DNA of 64,000 nucleotides from Escherichia coli (GTDB taxonomy: Bacteria > Pseudomonadota > Gammaproteobacteria > Enterobacterales > Enterobacteriaceae): NCBI RefSeq assembly GCF_041886205.1, contig NZ_CP169029.1. One strand, 5' to 3'. The notes below the pieces were generated by a model that saw nothing but the letters and a program-made list of their open reading frames with translations, had not been told where the DNA came from and ran no database searches. Numbering within the stretch: position 1 is the stretch's first letter; each line of letters starts with the position of its first letter. This document shows positions 45,929 to 55,600 of the stretch, piece by piece. Made by a program: the position numbers and the translations under genes.

Positions 45929-47410
45929 CTACACTAACCCCAGGCGCTGAAACTGCTCTGGCGGCGCATCATTGTCTTTCATCAACTGAATCAGCAACGC
46001 GATCATCCGGGCCTCGATCGCATCATCATGAATCGGATGCAGCTGCTGCGGATCGTTTTGCAGATCAAACAGCAAATGACCAAACTGATTCAGCCCCTTA
46101 TATTTCTCCTGTGCCGGGATGCGTAGCACCTTTAACCCTTTGGTGAAACGAAACGGTGGAGCCAGCGATAAAGCCCGCATCTCATCCACCGGATAGCGGC
46201 TGTTCATTTTGCAAGCCATTAAGGTGTAGTTAGCAATATCATCCTCACGCCCCGGCAGCGCGGCACGCATATACACATAACGCCCATCGGTTACGTTGAC
46301 ATGACCACTGAAGACACCAAATATAACCGCACTGCGTACCGGTTCATCGTGGCTGACCGTTTTCGCCAGCGGTTGCCCCTGCACATCGGGCGGCACCGGC
46401 TGCTGAAAAAAGTCATACAACGTAGGTGCCCAGTCGATCATCTGCACCAGCGCCTGACGCCGTTCGCCTTTTACACCGCTGCGCGGATCCCATATAAACA
46501 GCGGGTTATTCGCCACTTCGTTGTAATAAGGCATCTGGTTTTTCGCCCACCAGCCATGCTCACCAAGTAAAAAACCGTGGTCGGTGCCAACAATCAGCAT
46601 GGTGTCTCGCCACAGATCGTGCTCATCCATCAGGTCGAGAATGCGCCCCAGGTTACGATCGCACATCGATACCAGCGAGCGATATCGGCAGCGGATATGC
46701 TCCACGGCCTCGTCGCTTTCCTGAACCCTGCCACGTGGCCAGTCATAATACGGCCCGCTCCAGTCATCCTCATATAACGAAAGGTACTCTTCCGTTGTGT
46801 AAAACGGCTCGTGCGGATCAAACGTTTCGACCTGCAATAACCAGTTATCTTGCGCGTGGTTTTTGTGGATAAATGCACAACCCGCGTCAAAGACTTTGGT
46901 TTGGGGAAAATCCGCTTCCTGCTGAATATATTCCCGGTTGGCCCAGTCATGACGCCACAGGCCAGAAACACCGCCGCCGGTCTGCTTTTGCGGCTCCCGT
47001 AGCACCTCGGGAATAGGCGGTTGCGCAACGCTCGCCTGCCAGTGATCGCCTTCCTGGCCGCGCACAATCTCCCATGAACTGTAGCGATTATGGTAATTTC
47101 CGCCACCATCTTCCCAGTAATGCAAATGATCGCTTATCAGGTGGGTATAGATCCCCGCCTTTGTAAGCAGCTCCGGCATGGAGTCGTCAAACGGTTCTAA
47201 CGGCCCCCACTCCCGGTGCAGAAAATTGCATCGCCCGGTATGCAGCTCCCGTCGGGCGGGCATGCAGGGCATACTCCCGACGTAGCTGTTTTCAAAGGTG
47301 GCGGCATGTGCCGCCAGGCGTTGGAAGTTCTCTGCTTTTGTCAATAAGTCGCCATACGGGGGTAAATATCTTTTGTTCAGGCTATCGAACAGGAGAATAA
47401 TGGCTTTCAT
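45929..47410 (-). CDS. Cytoplasmic (leaderless) Cys-type sulfatase-family hydrolase
   Basis: 493 aa with no signal peptide. The C-x-P-x-R formylglycine motif CMPAR is at residues 49-53 (nt 47252-47266). The downstream signature is LIVGTDHGFLLGEHGWWAKNQ. It lies 12 bp after the EIIB stop, so it is the last gene of an operon. Confidence 0.85.
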   Translation of the reverse strand: MKAIILLFDSLNKRYLPPYGDLLTKAENFQRLAAHAATFENSYVGSMPCMPARRELHTGRCNFLHREWGPLEPFDDSMPELLTKAGIYTHLISDHLHYWEDGGGNYHNRYSSWEIVRGQEGDHWQASVAQPPIPEVLREPQKQTGGGVSGLWRHDWANREYIQQEADFPQTKVFDAGCAFIHKNHAQDNWLLQVETFDPHEPFYTTEEYLSLYEDDWSGPYYDWPRGRVQESDEAVEHIRCRYRSLVSMCDRNLGRILDLMDEHDLWRDTMLIVGTDHGFLLGEHGWWAKNQMPYYNEVANNPLFIWDPRSGVKGERRQALVQMIDWAPTLYDFFQQPVPPDVQGQPLAKTVSHDEPVRSAVIFGVFSGHVNVTDGRYVYMRAALPGREDDIANYTLMACKMNSRYPVDEMRALSLAPPFRFTKGLKVLRIPAQEKYKGLNQFGHLLFDLQNDPQQLHPIHDDAIEARMIALLIQLMKDNDAPPEQFQRLGLV

Positions 47411-47422
47411 TGCTCATCCCTT

Positions 47423-47743
47423 TTATTTGTTTATCAGATAAGGGAAATGCTGTTGGACGACTTCATAAATCTGTGCACCAATCGTTTCACCATCCATAAT
47501 ATTTTCAATCGGGATCAGATATTGCCCGTGTTTCGGGTCCAGACTGACTACGTCGAGTAATTTTTTGGAAATAGCAAAAATATCTGCCCAGTCGGTAAAT
47601 CCTCCCACCTCACCTGCGGCAGTATGTTCCATTTCAACTTTGAACTCATATTTCGTCAGTGCTTTTTTAACGACCGTTTGTAACATCACGCTACTACCGA
47701 CACCATAACCACAGACAAACAGAATATTAATTGTATCTTTCAT
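47423..47743 (-). CDS. PTS EIIB component, ascorbate/lactose-type (PTS_IIB fold)
   Basis: 106 aa. MKDTINILFVCGYGVGSSVML contains the phospho-Cys loop CGxGxGSS seen in UlaB/SgaB-like IIB proteins. Confidence 0.85.
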   Translation of the reverse strand: MKDTINILFVCGYGVGSSVMLQTVVKKALTKYEFKVEMEHTAAGEVGGFTDWADIFAISKKLLDVVSLDPKHGQYLIPIENIMDGETIGAQIYEVVQQHFPYLINK

Positions 47744-47764
47744 TTTTACATCCTTAATAGTGAA

Positions 47765-49108
47765 TTATCCCGCGTAAGGACCAAGGTGGAATGTTGCAGC
47801 GATAAATTTCAGAACTTCACAAATAGCAGGCCATACAGTTGCCCAGTCAAATATTCCTGTCCAGCCGACGCCATTTTCAGCAAGCCCGGTTAACGGAATA
47901 GCCCACACCGTACCGAAGGTCTGAATAATACCCAGCAAGAAGGTACAGATAATTACGGAGCGGTATCCGCCCATGCGGTTTGCTAAAACGCCAATCGGGC
48001 CGCCTGAGAAAAATAACGGTACAAAGCCTGGCAATACCATAATGGGGCTGTGGATCAGTAATAAGATACCCATCGAGAAAATGGTGCCAAAAGTACAGAA
48101 GACAAAACCTAACGTTGCGGCTTTGGGTGAAAAAGGCAACAGCGCGGCGACATCGACGGCGGGAATGGCATTAGGAATAAAGCGATCCTGCCAGCCTTTA
48201 AAAGAACCGTTAATTTCACCGACCATCATGCGCACGCCCTGCAACAGAATGACCATGTACATGGAGAACTGTAAGCCCAGGTTGATAATATAGATGTACC
48301 AGGGTTTACCTTTTGCCATCATCTGAACGTTATCGATGCCCGTGGAGAGCAGGAACCCGCCAACAAACAGCGTCATCACAATGGCGATAGCCGTCACGTT
48401 GTGGTTAAAAATCGCCAGCCAGCCGGGGAGTTTCAGGTTTTCAGCATCGTGCTTTTCCGGGTCGCCAAATTTATGCGCGAATTTGGAGAAAAACCACAAA
48501 CCCAACATCTGGTTATGGGCAATGGTAAAACCGGCATCTTTGGTCACTTTGGCAATGGGTTTAGCAATGAGCGTGGTGGAAAAAGCCCAGAATATACCCG
48601 TTAATACCCCGGCGATAATAATCGATGTAGTCCAGCTAAATCCTAACCAAAAAACGATTAACCATAATACTGCCTGAGAATGTGACACACCGGTATTACC
48701 GGTCAGGAATATTCCTTTGGCACCGGTATAGCGACCAAACAGCACCAGTAAGAGGTTGGTAAAAAACGCCAGAACAAATACATAACCTACGTAACCAAAA
48801 TTATCCCCCAACGCAATTTGCGTTGCGGCTTTCATGGCGTAGGAATCCATTAAATAACCGTGAACGCCATAGGCTTTACTTACCGCTTCTGCCACCGGTT
48901 TAAAGGTTGCGGAAAACTGAAAACCACCAAATAGCACCATCATTAATCCCACCATGGCACTGACCATACCGGTGATTATTTTGATGGGCGATTTTTTATC
49001 GAGGGCATAACCAATGCCCACCAGCAAACCAATTAATATTGCGGGTTCGGTTAAAAACGTTTGAATAACATCTATGAATTTGGCAAACATCGTCGGAACG
49101 CCCTCCAT
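47765..49108 (-). CDS. PTS EIIC component, L-ascorbate (UlaA/SgaT) family permease
   Basis: 447-aa polytopic membrane protein with UlaA-like sequence character. The start is ambiguous: the ATG at 49108 lacks a Shine-Dalgarno, while the ATG at 49090 lies ~11 nt after GGAGGG. Confidence 0.8.
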   Translation of the reverse strand: MEGVPTMFAKFIDVIQTFLTEPAILIGLLVGIGYALDKKSPIKIITGMVSAMVGLMMVLFGGFQFSATFKPVAEAVSKAYGVHGYLMDSYAMKAATQIALGDNFGYVGYVFVLAFFTNLLLVLFGRYTGAKGIFLTGNTGVSHSQAVLWLIVFWLGFSWTTSIIIAGVLTGIFWAFSTTLIAKPIAKVTKDAGFTIAHNQMLGLWFFSKFAHKFGDPEKHDAENLKLPGWLAIFNHNVTAIAIVMTLFVGGFLLSTGIDNVQMMAKGKPWYIYIINLGLQFSMYMVILLQGVRMMVGEINGSFKGWQDRFIPNAIPAVDVAALLPFSPKAATLGFVFCTFGTIFSMGILLLIHSPIMVLPGFVPLFFSGGPIGVLANRMGGYRSVIICTFLLGIIQTFGTVWAIPLTGLAENGVGWTGIFDWATVWPAICEVLKFIAATFHLGPYAG

Positions 49109-49263
49109 AAGCGTACATTTCCGTTGTCAATGCATGAACCTTCTGCTGACGTTAATAATGCTTCAGGTATTTTTTATTTTTCGCTAAGCGATGCCTCTGC
49201 TAGTATTCGGTAAACGCACTGTAGTAATCAAAACAGTTCATTTAAAGATCTTATTTGATTATT

Positions 49264-49279
49264 TGTGATTTGATTTGCA
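49264..49279. promoter_or_regulatory. Weak CRP-like site upstream of the PTS-sulfatase operon
   Basis: TGTGAtttgatTTGCA compared with TGTGA-N6-TCACA has a perfect left half and 3/5 in the right half. It lies ~160-175 bp upstream of the EIIC start. Confidence 0.3.
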
Positions 49280-49294
49280 AAAATAGCGCAATAT

Positions 49295-49340
49295 ATAACC
49301 GTGATCGATCGGTTAATATTAATCGATCGATCACGGTTAT
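49295..49340. promoter_or_regulatory. 46-bp palindrome (17-bp perfect arms, 12-nt AT spacer): candidate operator or rlmC 3' hairpin
   Basis: ataaccgtgatcgatcg-gttaatattaat-cgatcgatcacggttat. It lies between the rlmC stop (49389) and the EIIC start (49108). Confidence 0.6.
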
Positions 49341-49388
49341 TATTTGGAATGGATGTATGCCGAAGTGATATTGATTTGAGTGATGTAT

Positions 49389-50516
49389 TTACATTTTTAC
49401 CAGCAGCGTCAGCACTTCATAGTGCGCGGTGTGCGGGAACATATCAAAAAGCTGTACCCGTTCAATACGAAACCCAGGCAGTTCGCGGATATCTTTCGCC
49501 ATAGTTTGGGCGTTACAGCTGGAGTAGATAATAAAACGCGGTGCCATCGTTGAGAGATAATCACACAGCGGTTTACCAATGCCGCGGCGCGGCGGGTTAA
49601 CCAGCACCAGCTCCGGCACCTCCCCCTGAGCGGTGGCAAACTGAGTGGAGTCCAGCGCCTGAAATTGCAAACGCGTTAAGCCCAGTTCAGCGGCTGACTG
49701 CTTTGCACAGGCAATGGCCTCTGGCGCAATTTCGATCCCGGTTAACTGCATGTCAGGCGTCGCGCAGTGTAAACCAAAGCCCCCCACACCGCAGAACAGA
49801 TCCCACATATGTTTAACCGGCAGCTGTCGTACCCAGTCGCGCGCGGTGGCGTACAACTGGCTGGCGACAGCCGGATTAGTCTGGAAGAAACTTTGCGGAC
49901 GGATCCACAGCGGTACGTCATTAAAACGCTCCGCCAGCGACTGTTGTTCGGTCAGGTAGATCTCCGTCTCCCCTTCCATAATCGCCATATGTACCGGCTG
50001 AATATTGACGGTAATAACTTTCAGCTGCGGTAGTTGTTCCTGTAACCACGGCAATGCCTTACGCAGTTGTGCCAGTTTGGTTTCAGAACGCAGTACAAAG
50101 CGCAGCATCATGCCGCCATCGCTCTGGCTTTCAGTCAGCAGAATGTATTTCAGTTCGCCACGCTTACGCGCCACGTTGTAGGGCGTTAACCCCGCTCGGG
50201 CGATAAACGGTTTTAGCGCCGCAAAAACGGGCGCAAATGAGGCAGGATAAAGCGGGCAGTCACAAAGGTCTTCTGGTGTGCCGTCGCGATGCAGCATACC
50301 GAGCAGTGGTTTTTCAACGCTACCACTCACCACCATTTTGGCTTTATTACGAAACCCTTGTTCCGGGCCTGACACCGGCGCGCACCATTCCTCAACCGGA
50401 AAGTCGGCGAGCAGATTTTTAAGATCGGCGGTTTTAGCGGAGAGTTGCTCTGGAATCGGCTGCGTTATCCACTGACAGGAACGACAGCGACCCGCGTCGT
50501 AAAGTGCGCACTGCAT
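49389..50516 (-). CDS. rlmC: 23S rRNA m5U747 methyltransferase
   Basis: 375 aa starting [33 protein letters not shown] (Fe-S Cys cluster), with a C-terminal SAM-MTase. Confidence 0.95.
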   Translation of the reverse strand: MQCALYDAGRCRSCQWITQPIPEQLSAKTADLKNLLADFPVEEWCAPVSGPEQGFRNKAKMVVSGSVEKPLLGMLHRDGTPEDLCDCPLYPASFAPVFAALKPFIARAGLTPYNVARKRGELKYILLTESQSDGGMMLRFVLRSETKLAQLRKALPWLQEQLPQLKVITVNIQPVHMAIMEGETEIYLTEQQSLAERFNDVPLWIRPQSFFQTNPAVASQLYATARDWVRQLPVKHMWDLFCGVGGFGLHCATPDMQLTGIEIAPEAIACAKQSAAELGLTRLQFQALDSTQFATAQGEVPELVLVNPPRRGIGKPLCDYLSTMAPRFIIYSSCNAQTMAKDIRELPGFRIERVQLFDMFPHTAHYEVLTLLVKM

Positions 50517-50556
50517 ACATTGACCTTCACATCATCAGGGGCGACGATTATACACA

Positions 50557-51045
50557 TTATTGCAACTGGAAGAACCGCCGACTGGTCGAGGGAACGAACA
50601 GTAGCATCAGGATGAGCATATCCGGCAATTTCTGCAGCATCAGGCTATGGAAGATTTCACGTTTTGATTCACCGGGAATGCTGAACAGCTCCGGATAACC
50701 ATACCCCAGCGAAGCCGCCCACAAGTAACTTGCGGCCGTGATTTGTGTCAGCAGATACAGCCAGCGCGCCCAGCGACGCCCTTTCACCAGTGAAAACGCA
50801 CACCAGATCTCAATGAAAACCAGCACCAGACTGCTTAAAAAGACCAGCGTTAAACTCCAGGTTTGTACGCTGCGATGAATGAACTCGCCAATACCGCGCA
50901 CGCCCAGCGTATTGAAAATCATCAGCACGTCGAGGCCACGGATCATAATAATGGCGAGCGCCGCCACCTGCACCAGCGCAGGTACATTCAGGCGAGCATG
51001 AGATGAAGATGTTTTCTTAAAAAATCCCAACGTTTCGTCTTCCAT
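50557..51045 (-). CDS. ybjO: Inner membrane protein YbjO
   Basis: 162 aa with four predicted TM helices, in the syntenic position between potI and rlmC. Confidence 0.88.
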   Translation of the reverse strand: MEDETLGFFKKTSSSHARLNVPALVQVAALAIIMIRGLDVLMIFNTLGVRGIGEFIHRSVQTWSLTLVFLSSLVLVFIEIWCAFSLVKGRRWARWLYLLTQITAASYLWAASLGYGYPELFSIPGESKREIFHSLMLQKLPDMLILMLLFVPSTSRRFFQLQ

Positions 51046-51104
51046 GAAAACAATGCCGCGACATGCGCGGCATTATGTAGCCAGGTTGGCAAATTTTAGT
51101 GTCT

Positions 51105-51950
51105 TCAGCCACGTCTTGCACGCTGGATATCGCGTATCCGCTGCTTTTCTGCGCGCGCCATCAGATACCAGGCGATAAATCCGACAATTCCGACCGCGCC
51201 GAGGATTAACGTCGCCAGGGCGTTAATTTCCGGATTCACCCCCATCCGCACGCTGGAGAAGACCAGCATCGGTAACGTGGTGGCTCCCGGCCCGGAAACA
51301 AAGCTGGCGATCACCAGATCATCAAGCGACAAAGTAAAAGCAAGCAGCCAGCCAGAAATGATCGCGGGCATGATCATCGGTAGCGTAATGACGAAAAACA
51401 CTTTCAGCGGCGTCGCACCGAGATCCATCGCCGCTTCTTCTATCGAGCGATCCAGTTCCCGCAGACGCGAAGAAATAACGACCGCCACATAAGCCGTACA
51501 GAAAGTGACATGCGCCAGCCAGATGGTGAGCATACCGCGGTCCGCAGGCCAGCCGATGGCGTGTGCAAGCGCGACAAACAGTAGCAGCAACGACAGCCCA
51601 GTGATCACATCCGGCATCACCAGCGGCGCGGTGATCATAAAGGCAAAGCCATTTGATCCGCGAAACCTGCCAAAGCGCACCAGCACCACCGCCGCGATAG
51701 TACCGAGGACAGCCGCCGCCGTCGCCGCACAGGCGGCAATCGTCAGGCTTAAACCCACCGCGCTCATCATCGCGTCATCACGCAATAATTCGCCGTACCA
51801 GCGCGTTGACCAGCCCGCCCATACCGTCACCAGCTTCGAGCTGTTAAACGAATAGATAACCAGCATCAACATTGGCGCATAGAGAAAGGTGAAGCCCAGC
51901 AGCAAAATCACAATCCGCCAGGGCGAACGAACTACCGGTAAATTATTCAT
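51105..51950 (-). CDS. potI: Putrescine ABC transporter permease PotI
   Basis: The known start MNNLPVVRSPWRIVILLLGFTFLYAPM is at 51950 (281 aa). It overlaps the potH stop by 4 bp. Confidence 0.95.
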   Translation of the reverse strand: MNNLPVVRSPWRIVILLLGFTFLYAPMLMLVIYSFNSSKLVTVWAGWSTRWYGELLRDDAMMSAVGLSLTIAACAATAAAVLGTIAAVVLVRFGRFRGSNGFAFMITAPLVMPDVITGLSLLLLFVALAHAIGWPADRGMLTIWLAHVTFCTAYVAVVISSRLRELDRSIEEAAMDLGATPLKVFFVITLPMIMPAIISGWLLAFTLSLDDLVIASFVSGPGATTLPMLVFSSVRMGVNPEINALATLILGAVGIVGFIAWYLMARAEKQRIRDIQRARRG

Positions 51951-52900
51951 CCGTGTTCTCCCACGCTTTTTTGCTGGTGTTTGTGAAACCACATTATCGG
52001 CACAATTAGCAGCAGCAACATGATGATCGCTACCGCCGAGGCCACCGGCCAGTCGCGGTTGTTAAAGAACTCCTGCCATAGCACGCGCCCGATCATGATG
52101 CTGTCCGGGCCACCGAGCAGTTCCGGGATCACAAACTCGCCCACAGCCGGGATAAACACCAGCATCGATCCGGCAATAATCCCACCTTTAGTCAGCGGCA
52201 CGATCACAGTAAAGAACGTTTTCAGCGGTCGTGCACCGAGATCCAGCGCTGCTTCCACCAGCGAATAATCAATACGAATCAACGCGGTATAAATCGGCAG
52301 TACCATAAACGGCACGTAAGCGTAAACAATGCCGATATAAACGGCCAGATTGGTATGCAGAATGGTCAGCGGTTGATCGATAACCCCCAGCCACAGCAGA
52401 AAATTATTCAGCACACCGTTGTTTTTTAATATTCCCATCCAGGCATAAACGCGGATCAGAAACGAGGTCCACGACGGCAGGATCACCAGTAGTAATAAAA
52501 TATTACGGGTCGAAGGCTTACTGTGCGCCACCGCCCACGCCAGCGGATAGCCGATCAGTAAACAGCAAAATGTCGAAATCGCCGCCACCTGTAACGACTG
52601 GAGATAAGCATCGAAATAGAGCGGATCGTCGGTCAGTTGCAGGAAATTACCGAAATTAAGGGTGATGGACAGTTGCCCGTCAGCCCACTCCATCAGTTCG
52701 GTATAAGGTGGAATAGCGCGCGCCATCTCCGCCAGGCTTATTTTAAAGACAATCAGAAATGGCAATAGAAACAGCAGGATTAGCCAGATATACGGCAACG
52801 CAATGACCAGTTTGCGCCCATGCTTCATTTGCAACTGCGACAACCACAGCTTAAATCCGCCCGGCGGTCTCGACTGGGCAGCAGGTTCAAGTGTACTCAT
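51947..52900 (-). CDS. potH: Putrescine ABC transporter permease PotH
   Basis: 317 aa starting MSTLEPAAQSRPPGGFKLWLSQLQMKHGRKLVIALPYIW. Confidence 0.95.
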   Translation of the reverse strand: MSTLEPAAQSRPPGGFKLWLSQLQMKHGRKLVIALPYIWLILLFLLPFLIVFKISLAEMARAIPPYTELMEWADGQLSITLNFGNFLQLTDDPLYFDAYLQSLQVAAISTFCCLLIGYPLAWAVAHSKPSTRNILLLLVILPSWTSFLIRVYAWMGILKNNGVLNNFLLWLGVIDQPLTILHTNLAVYIGIVYAYVPFMVLPIYTALIRIDYSLVEAALDLGARPLKTFFTVIVPLTKGGIIAGSMLVFIPAVGEFVIPELLGGPDSIMIGRVLWQEFFNNRDWPVASAVAIIMLLLLIVPIMWFHKHQQKSVGEHG

Positions 52901-52909
52901 CTTTGCTCC

Positions 52910-54043
52910 TTAAACCGTCAGCACCACACAGCTGTCCACTTCCCAGCACAAACGTACTTCGTCGCCCCAGGTCGGTAACCCTTTACGATGACGATGGGCG
53001 TTTTGTAGCTGGGCGCTGATCATCTGCCCACTTTTCAGACGAACGTGATACACCGAAAGATCGCCGAGATAGGCAATGTGTATCACCTCCCCCACCGCGA
53101 AGTTACAACCATTGGCGGGCGGCTCTTCGCAAAGCATGATTTTTTCCGGACGCAGCGCTACGTGTACCGGCACGTTATCGACTACTGAAGCATCCGCATC
53201 GACTTTCAGTGGATGCACCAGCCCCGGCGAATAAAGCACCAGACCATCTTCCTGACGCTCTTTGAGTACACCTTCAAAGACATTAACCGAACCGATAAAT
53301 TCAGCGCTATAGCGGGTGGTCGGATGCTCGTAGATCTCTTCTGGTTCGCCAATCTGGACAAATTTCCCACGATTCATAATGGCGATGCGCCCCGCCATGG
53401 TCATCGCCTCTTCCTGATCGTGGGTGACCATCACACAAGTCACACCGACGCGCTCCAGAATATCCACCACTTCAAGCTGCATCCGGTCACGCAGCTTTTT
53501 ATCCAGCGCGCCCATCGGCTCGTCGAGCAGTAATAGTTTCGGGCGCTTCGCAAGGCTTCGGGCCAGGGCCACACGTTGTCGCTGACCACCGGAAAGCTGA
53601 TGCGGTTTGCGTTTGGCGAACTCCTGCATATGCACCAGACCGAGCATCTCATTGACCCGGCTGGCAATTTCCGCTTTCGGTAGTTTGTCCTGTTTCAGGC
53701 CAAAAGCGATGTTCTGTTCCACGGTCATATGCGGAAACAGCGCGTAAGACTGAAACATCATATTGATGGGGCGCAGGTAAGGCGGAACCTGTGACAAATC
53801 GACGCCATCAAGCATTATCTGTCCGGCAGAAGGTTGTTCAAAACCTGCCAGCATACGCAGCAGCGTGGACTTGCCACAGCCGGATGCGCCCAGCAGCGCG
53901 AATATTTCGCCTTTATAGATGGTCAGGCTGACATCATCCACCGCATGTTGACCATCGTAGGATTTAGTCAGATTACGGATTTCTAAAAGCGGCGTCAGCG
54001 CCTTACGGGTTTTCGCCTGCGGGCGAGGGATAGCGTCATTCAC
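52910..54043 (-). CDS. potG: Putrescine ABC transporter ATPase PotG
   Basis: A GTG start at 54043 gives the known (M)NDAIPRPQAKTRKALTPLLEIRNLTKSYDG, 377 aa. Walker A is GASGCGKST. Confidence 0.94.
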   Translation of the reverse strand: MNDAIPRPQAKTRKALTPLLEIRNLTKSYDGQHAVDDVSLTIYKGEIFALLGASGCGKSTLLRMLAGFEQPSAGQIMLDGVDLSQVPPYLRPINMMFQSYALFPHMTVEQNIAFGLKQDKLPKAEIASRVNEMLGLVHMQEFAKRKPHQLSGGQRQRVALARSLAKRPKLLLLDEPMGALDKKLRDRMQLEVVDILERVGVTCVMVTHDQEEAMTMAGRIAIMNRGKFVQIGEPEEIYEHPTTRYSAEFIGSVNVFEGVLKERQEDGLVLYSPGLVHPLKVDADASVVDNVPVHVALRPEKIMLCEEPPANGCNFAVGEVIHIAYLGDLSVYHVRLKSGQMISAQLQNAHRHRKGLPTWGDEVRLCWEVDSCVVLTV

Positions 54044-54137
54044 GGCTGCTCTCCGGCATTGAATGTGTGCAAGCGCACCATGATGGTGCGAATTGCCGGC
54101 GGGTGTGGTGCACCCGTCCAGCATCTACGACTGCGGA

Positions 54138-55250
54138 TTATTTTCCGCTCTTCACTTTGGTCCACGCGCGGGTGCGCACACGGTCGATTTTCGGGTCCTG
54201 CACTTTCAGAGTGAACATCTTCGCACGGACATCCGCAGGCGGATAAATACCCGGGTTATCACGAACTTCCGCACTCACCAGCGGCGTGGCTGCTTTATTG
54301 GCGTTAGCATAGAACACATGGTCAGAGATATGTGCCACCACATCCGGACGCAGCAGGTAATTCAGGAACTGATAGGCTTCGTCTTTATTTTTGGCATCGG
54401 CAGGCATGGCGAATACATCAAAGAACGCCATCGCCCCTTCTTTTGGAATCGAGAACGAGACATTCACGCCATTCTTCGCTTCCTTCGCGCGGTTTGACGC
54501 CTGCCAGACATCACCTGCCCAACCGATAGCGACGCAAATATCGCCGTTTGCCAGGTCGTTAATGTATTGAGATGAATGGAAATAACGAATGTTCGGGCGC
54601 AGCTTTAACAGCAGATCGGTTGCCGGTCCGGTGTAATCATCTGCTTTAGTGCTGTTGGGATCTTTGCCGAGATAATTCAGCACGGTAGCAAAAACTTCTT
54701 CTGGCGCATCGAGGAAAGATACACCGCAGCTTTTCAGTTTTTCCAGATTTTCAGGCTTGAGGATCAAGTCCCAGCTATCGACGGGCGCGTTTTCGCCCAG
54801 CACCGCTTTGACTTTATCGACGTTATAGCCAATCCCGGTCGTCGCCCACATATAGGGCATAGCAAATTTATTGTCGGGATCGTGTTTGGCGACCAACTTC
54901 AGCAGTTCCGGGTCGAGATTCTTCCACTCCGGCAATTTGCTTTTATCCAGCGGCTGGAAAACTCCCGCTGTCAGCTGGCGTTCAAGAAAGCTTGCTGACG
55001 GCACCACCAGGTCAAAGCCGGTGCTCCCGGCCATTAATTTGCCTTCCAGTACTTCGTTAGAGTCGAAAACATCGTAGACGACTTTAATACCGGTTTCTTT
55101 TTCAAAATTGGCCACCGTGTCCGGGGCGATATAATCAGACCAGTTATAAATGTGGAGTGTTTTTTGTTCAGCCGCGAGCGTGCCGACAGAGACGGCCATC
55201 AGAGCACCCGCAACCAGACCCGATAGCCATTTTTTATTTAAGGCGGTCAT
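54138..55250 (-). CDS. potF: Putrescine periplasmic binding protein PotF
   Basis: The known start MTALNKKWLSGLVAGALMAVSVGTLA is at 55250 (370 aa). The ORF-track start at 55400 is a 50-codon extension. Confidence 0.96.
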   Translation of the reverse strand: MTALNKKWLSGLVAGALMAVSVGTLAAEQKTLHIYNWSDYIAPDTVANFEKETGIKVVYDVFDSNEVLEGKLMAGSTGFDLVVPSASFLERQLTAGVFQPLDKSKLPEWKNLDPELLKLVAKHDPDNKFAMPYMWATTGIGYNVDKVKAVLGENAPVDSWDLILKPENLEKLKSCGVSFLDAPEEVFATVLNYLGKDPNSTKADDYTGPATDLLLKLRPNIRYFHSSQYINDLANGDICVAIGWAGDVWQASNRAKEAKNGVNVSFSIPKEGAMAFFDVFAMPADAKNKDEAYQFLNYLLRPDVVAHISDHVFYANANKAATPLVSAEVRDNPGIYPPADVRAKMFTLKVQDPKIDRVRTRAWTKVKSGK

Positions 55251-55600
55251 ATCTCTTTCCTTCTGAAAGTTCGTTAACAAACGAACAAAAGTTGTCACAC
55301 TGAAAGATATGCAATAAACGTGCATATTTTTTATCGGCGCGGTGTAAGAAAAGAGAACTCTCTCCCGGCCAGCACTGCTCGCTATATAAAAGCATCGCAA
55401 GAATAACTTTAGCCAGGGTTTGAGACTATAGCTCGGATTAAAAAACGGTATTTAACAAATTTTTATGCGTATTTGCTCTATGTGATAAAGCCAAATCGAC
55501 ACAAGAGAAGTGAAATAATCTTTAAGAAAAGGTTAAAAACAGCAGATAATTTTGCAGCGCGCAGTCACTGCGGCAGCGACTGCGTGCTCGAAAGGAGTTA

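Noticed and set aside
55309-55325. Sigma-54-like -24/-12 motif upstream of potF (minus strand aTGCACGtttaTTGCAt)
   Set aside because: The spacing and the -12 TTGCA fit, and potFGHI is nitrogen-regulated. However, the invariant GG of the -24 element reads TG, so I do not call it without experimental or PWM support.
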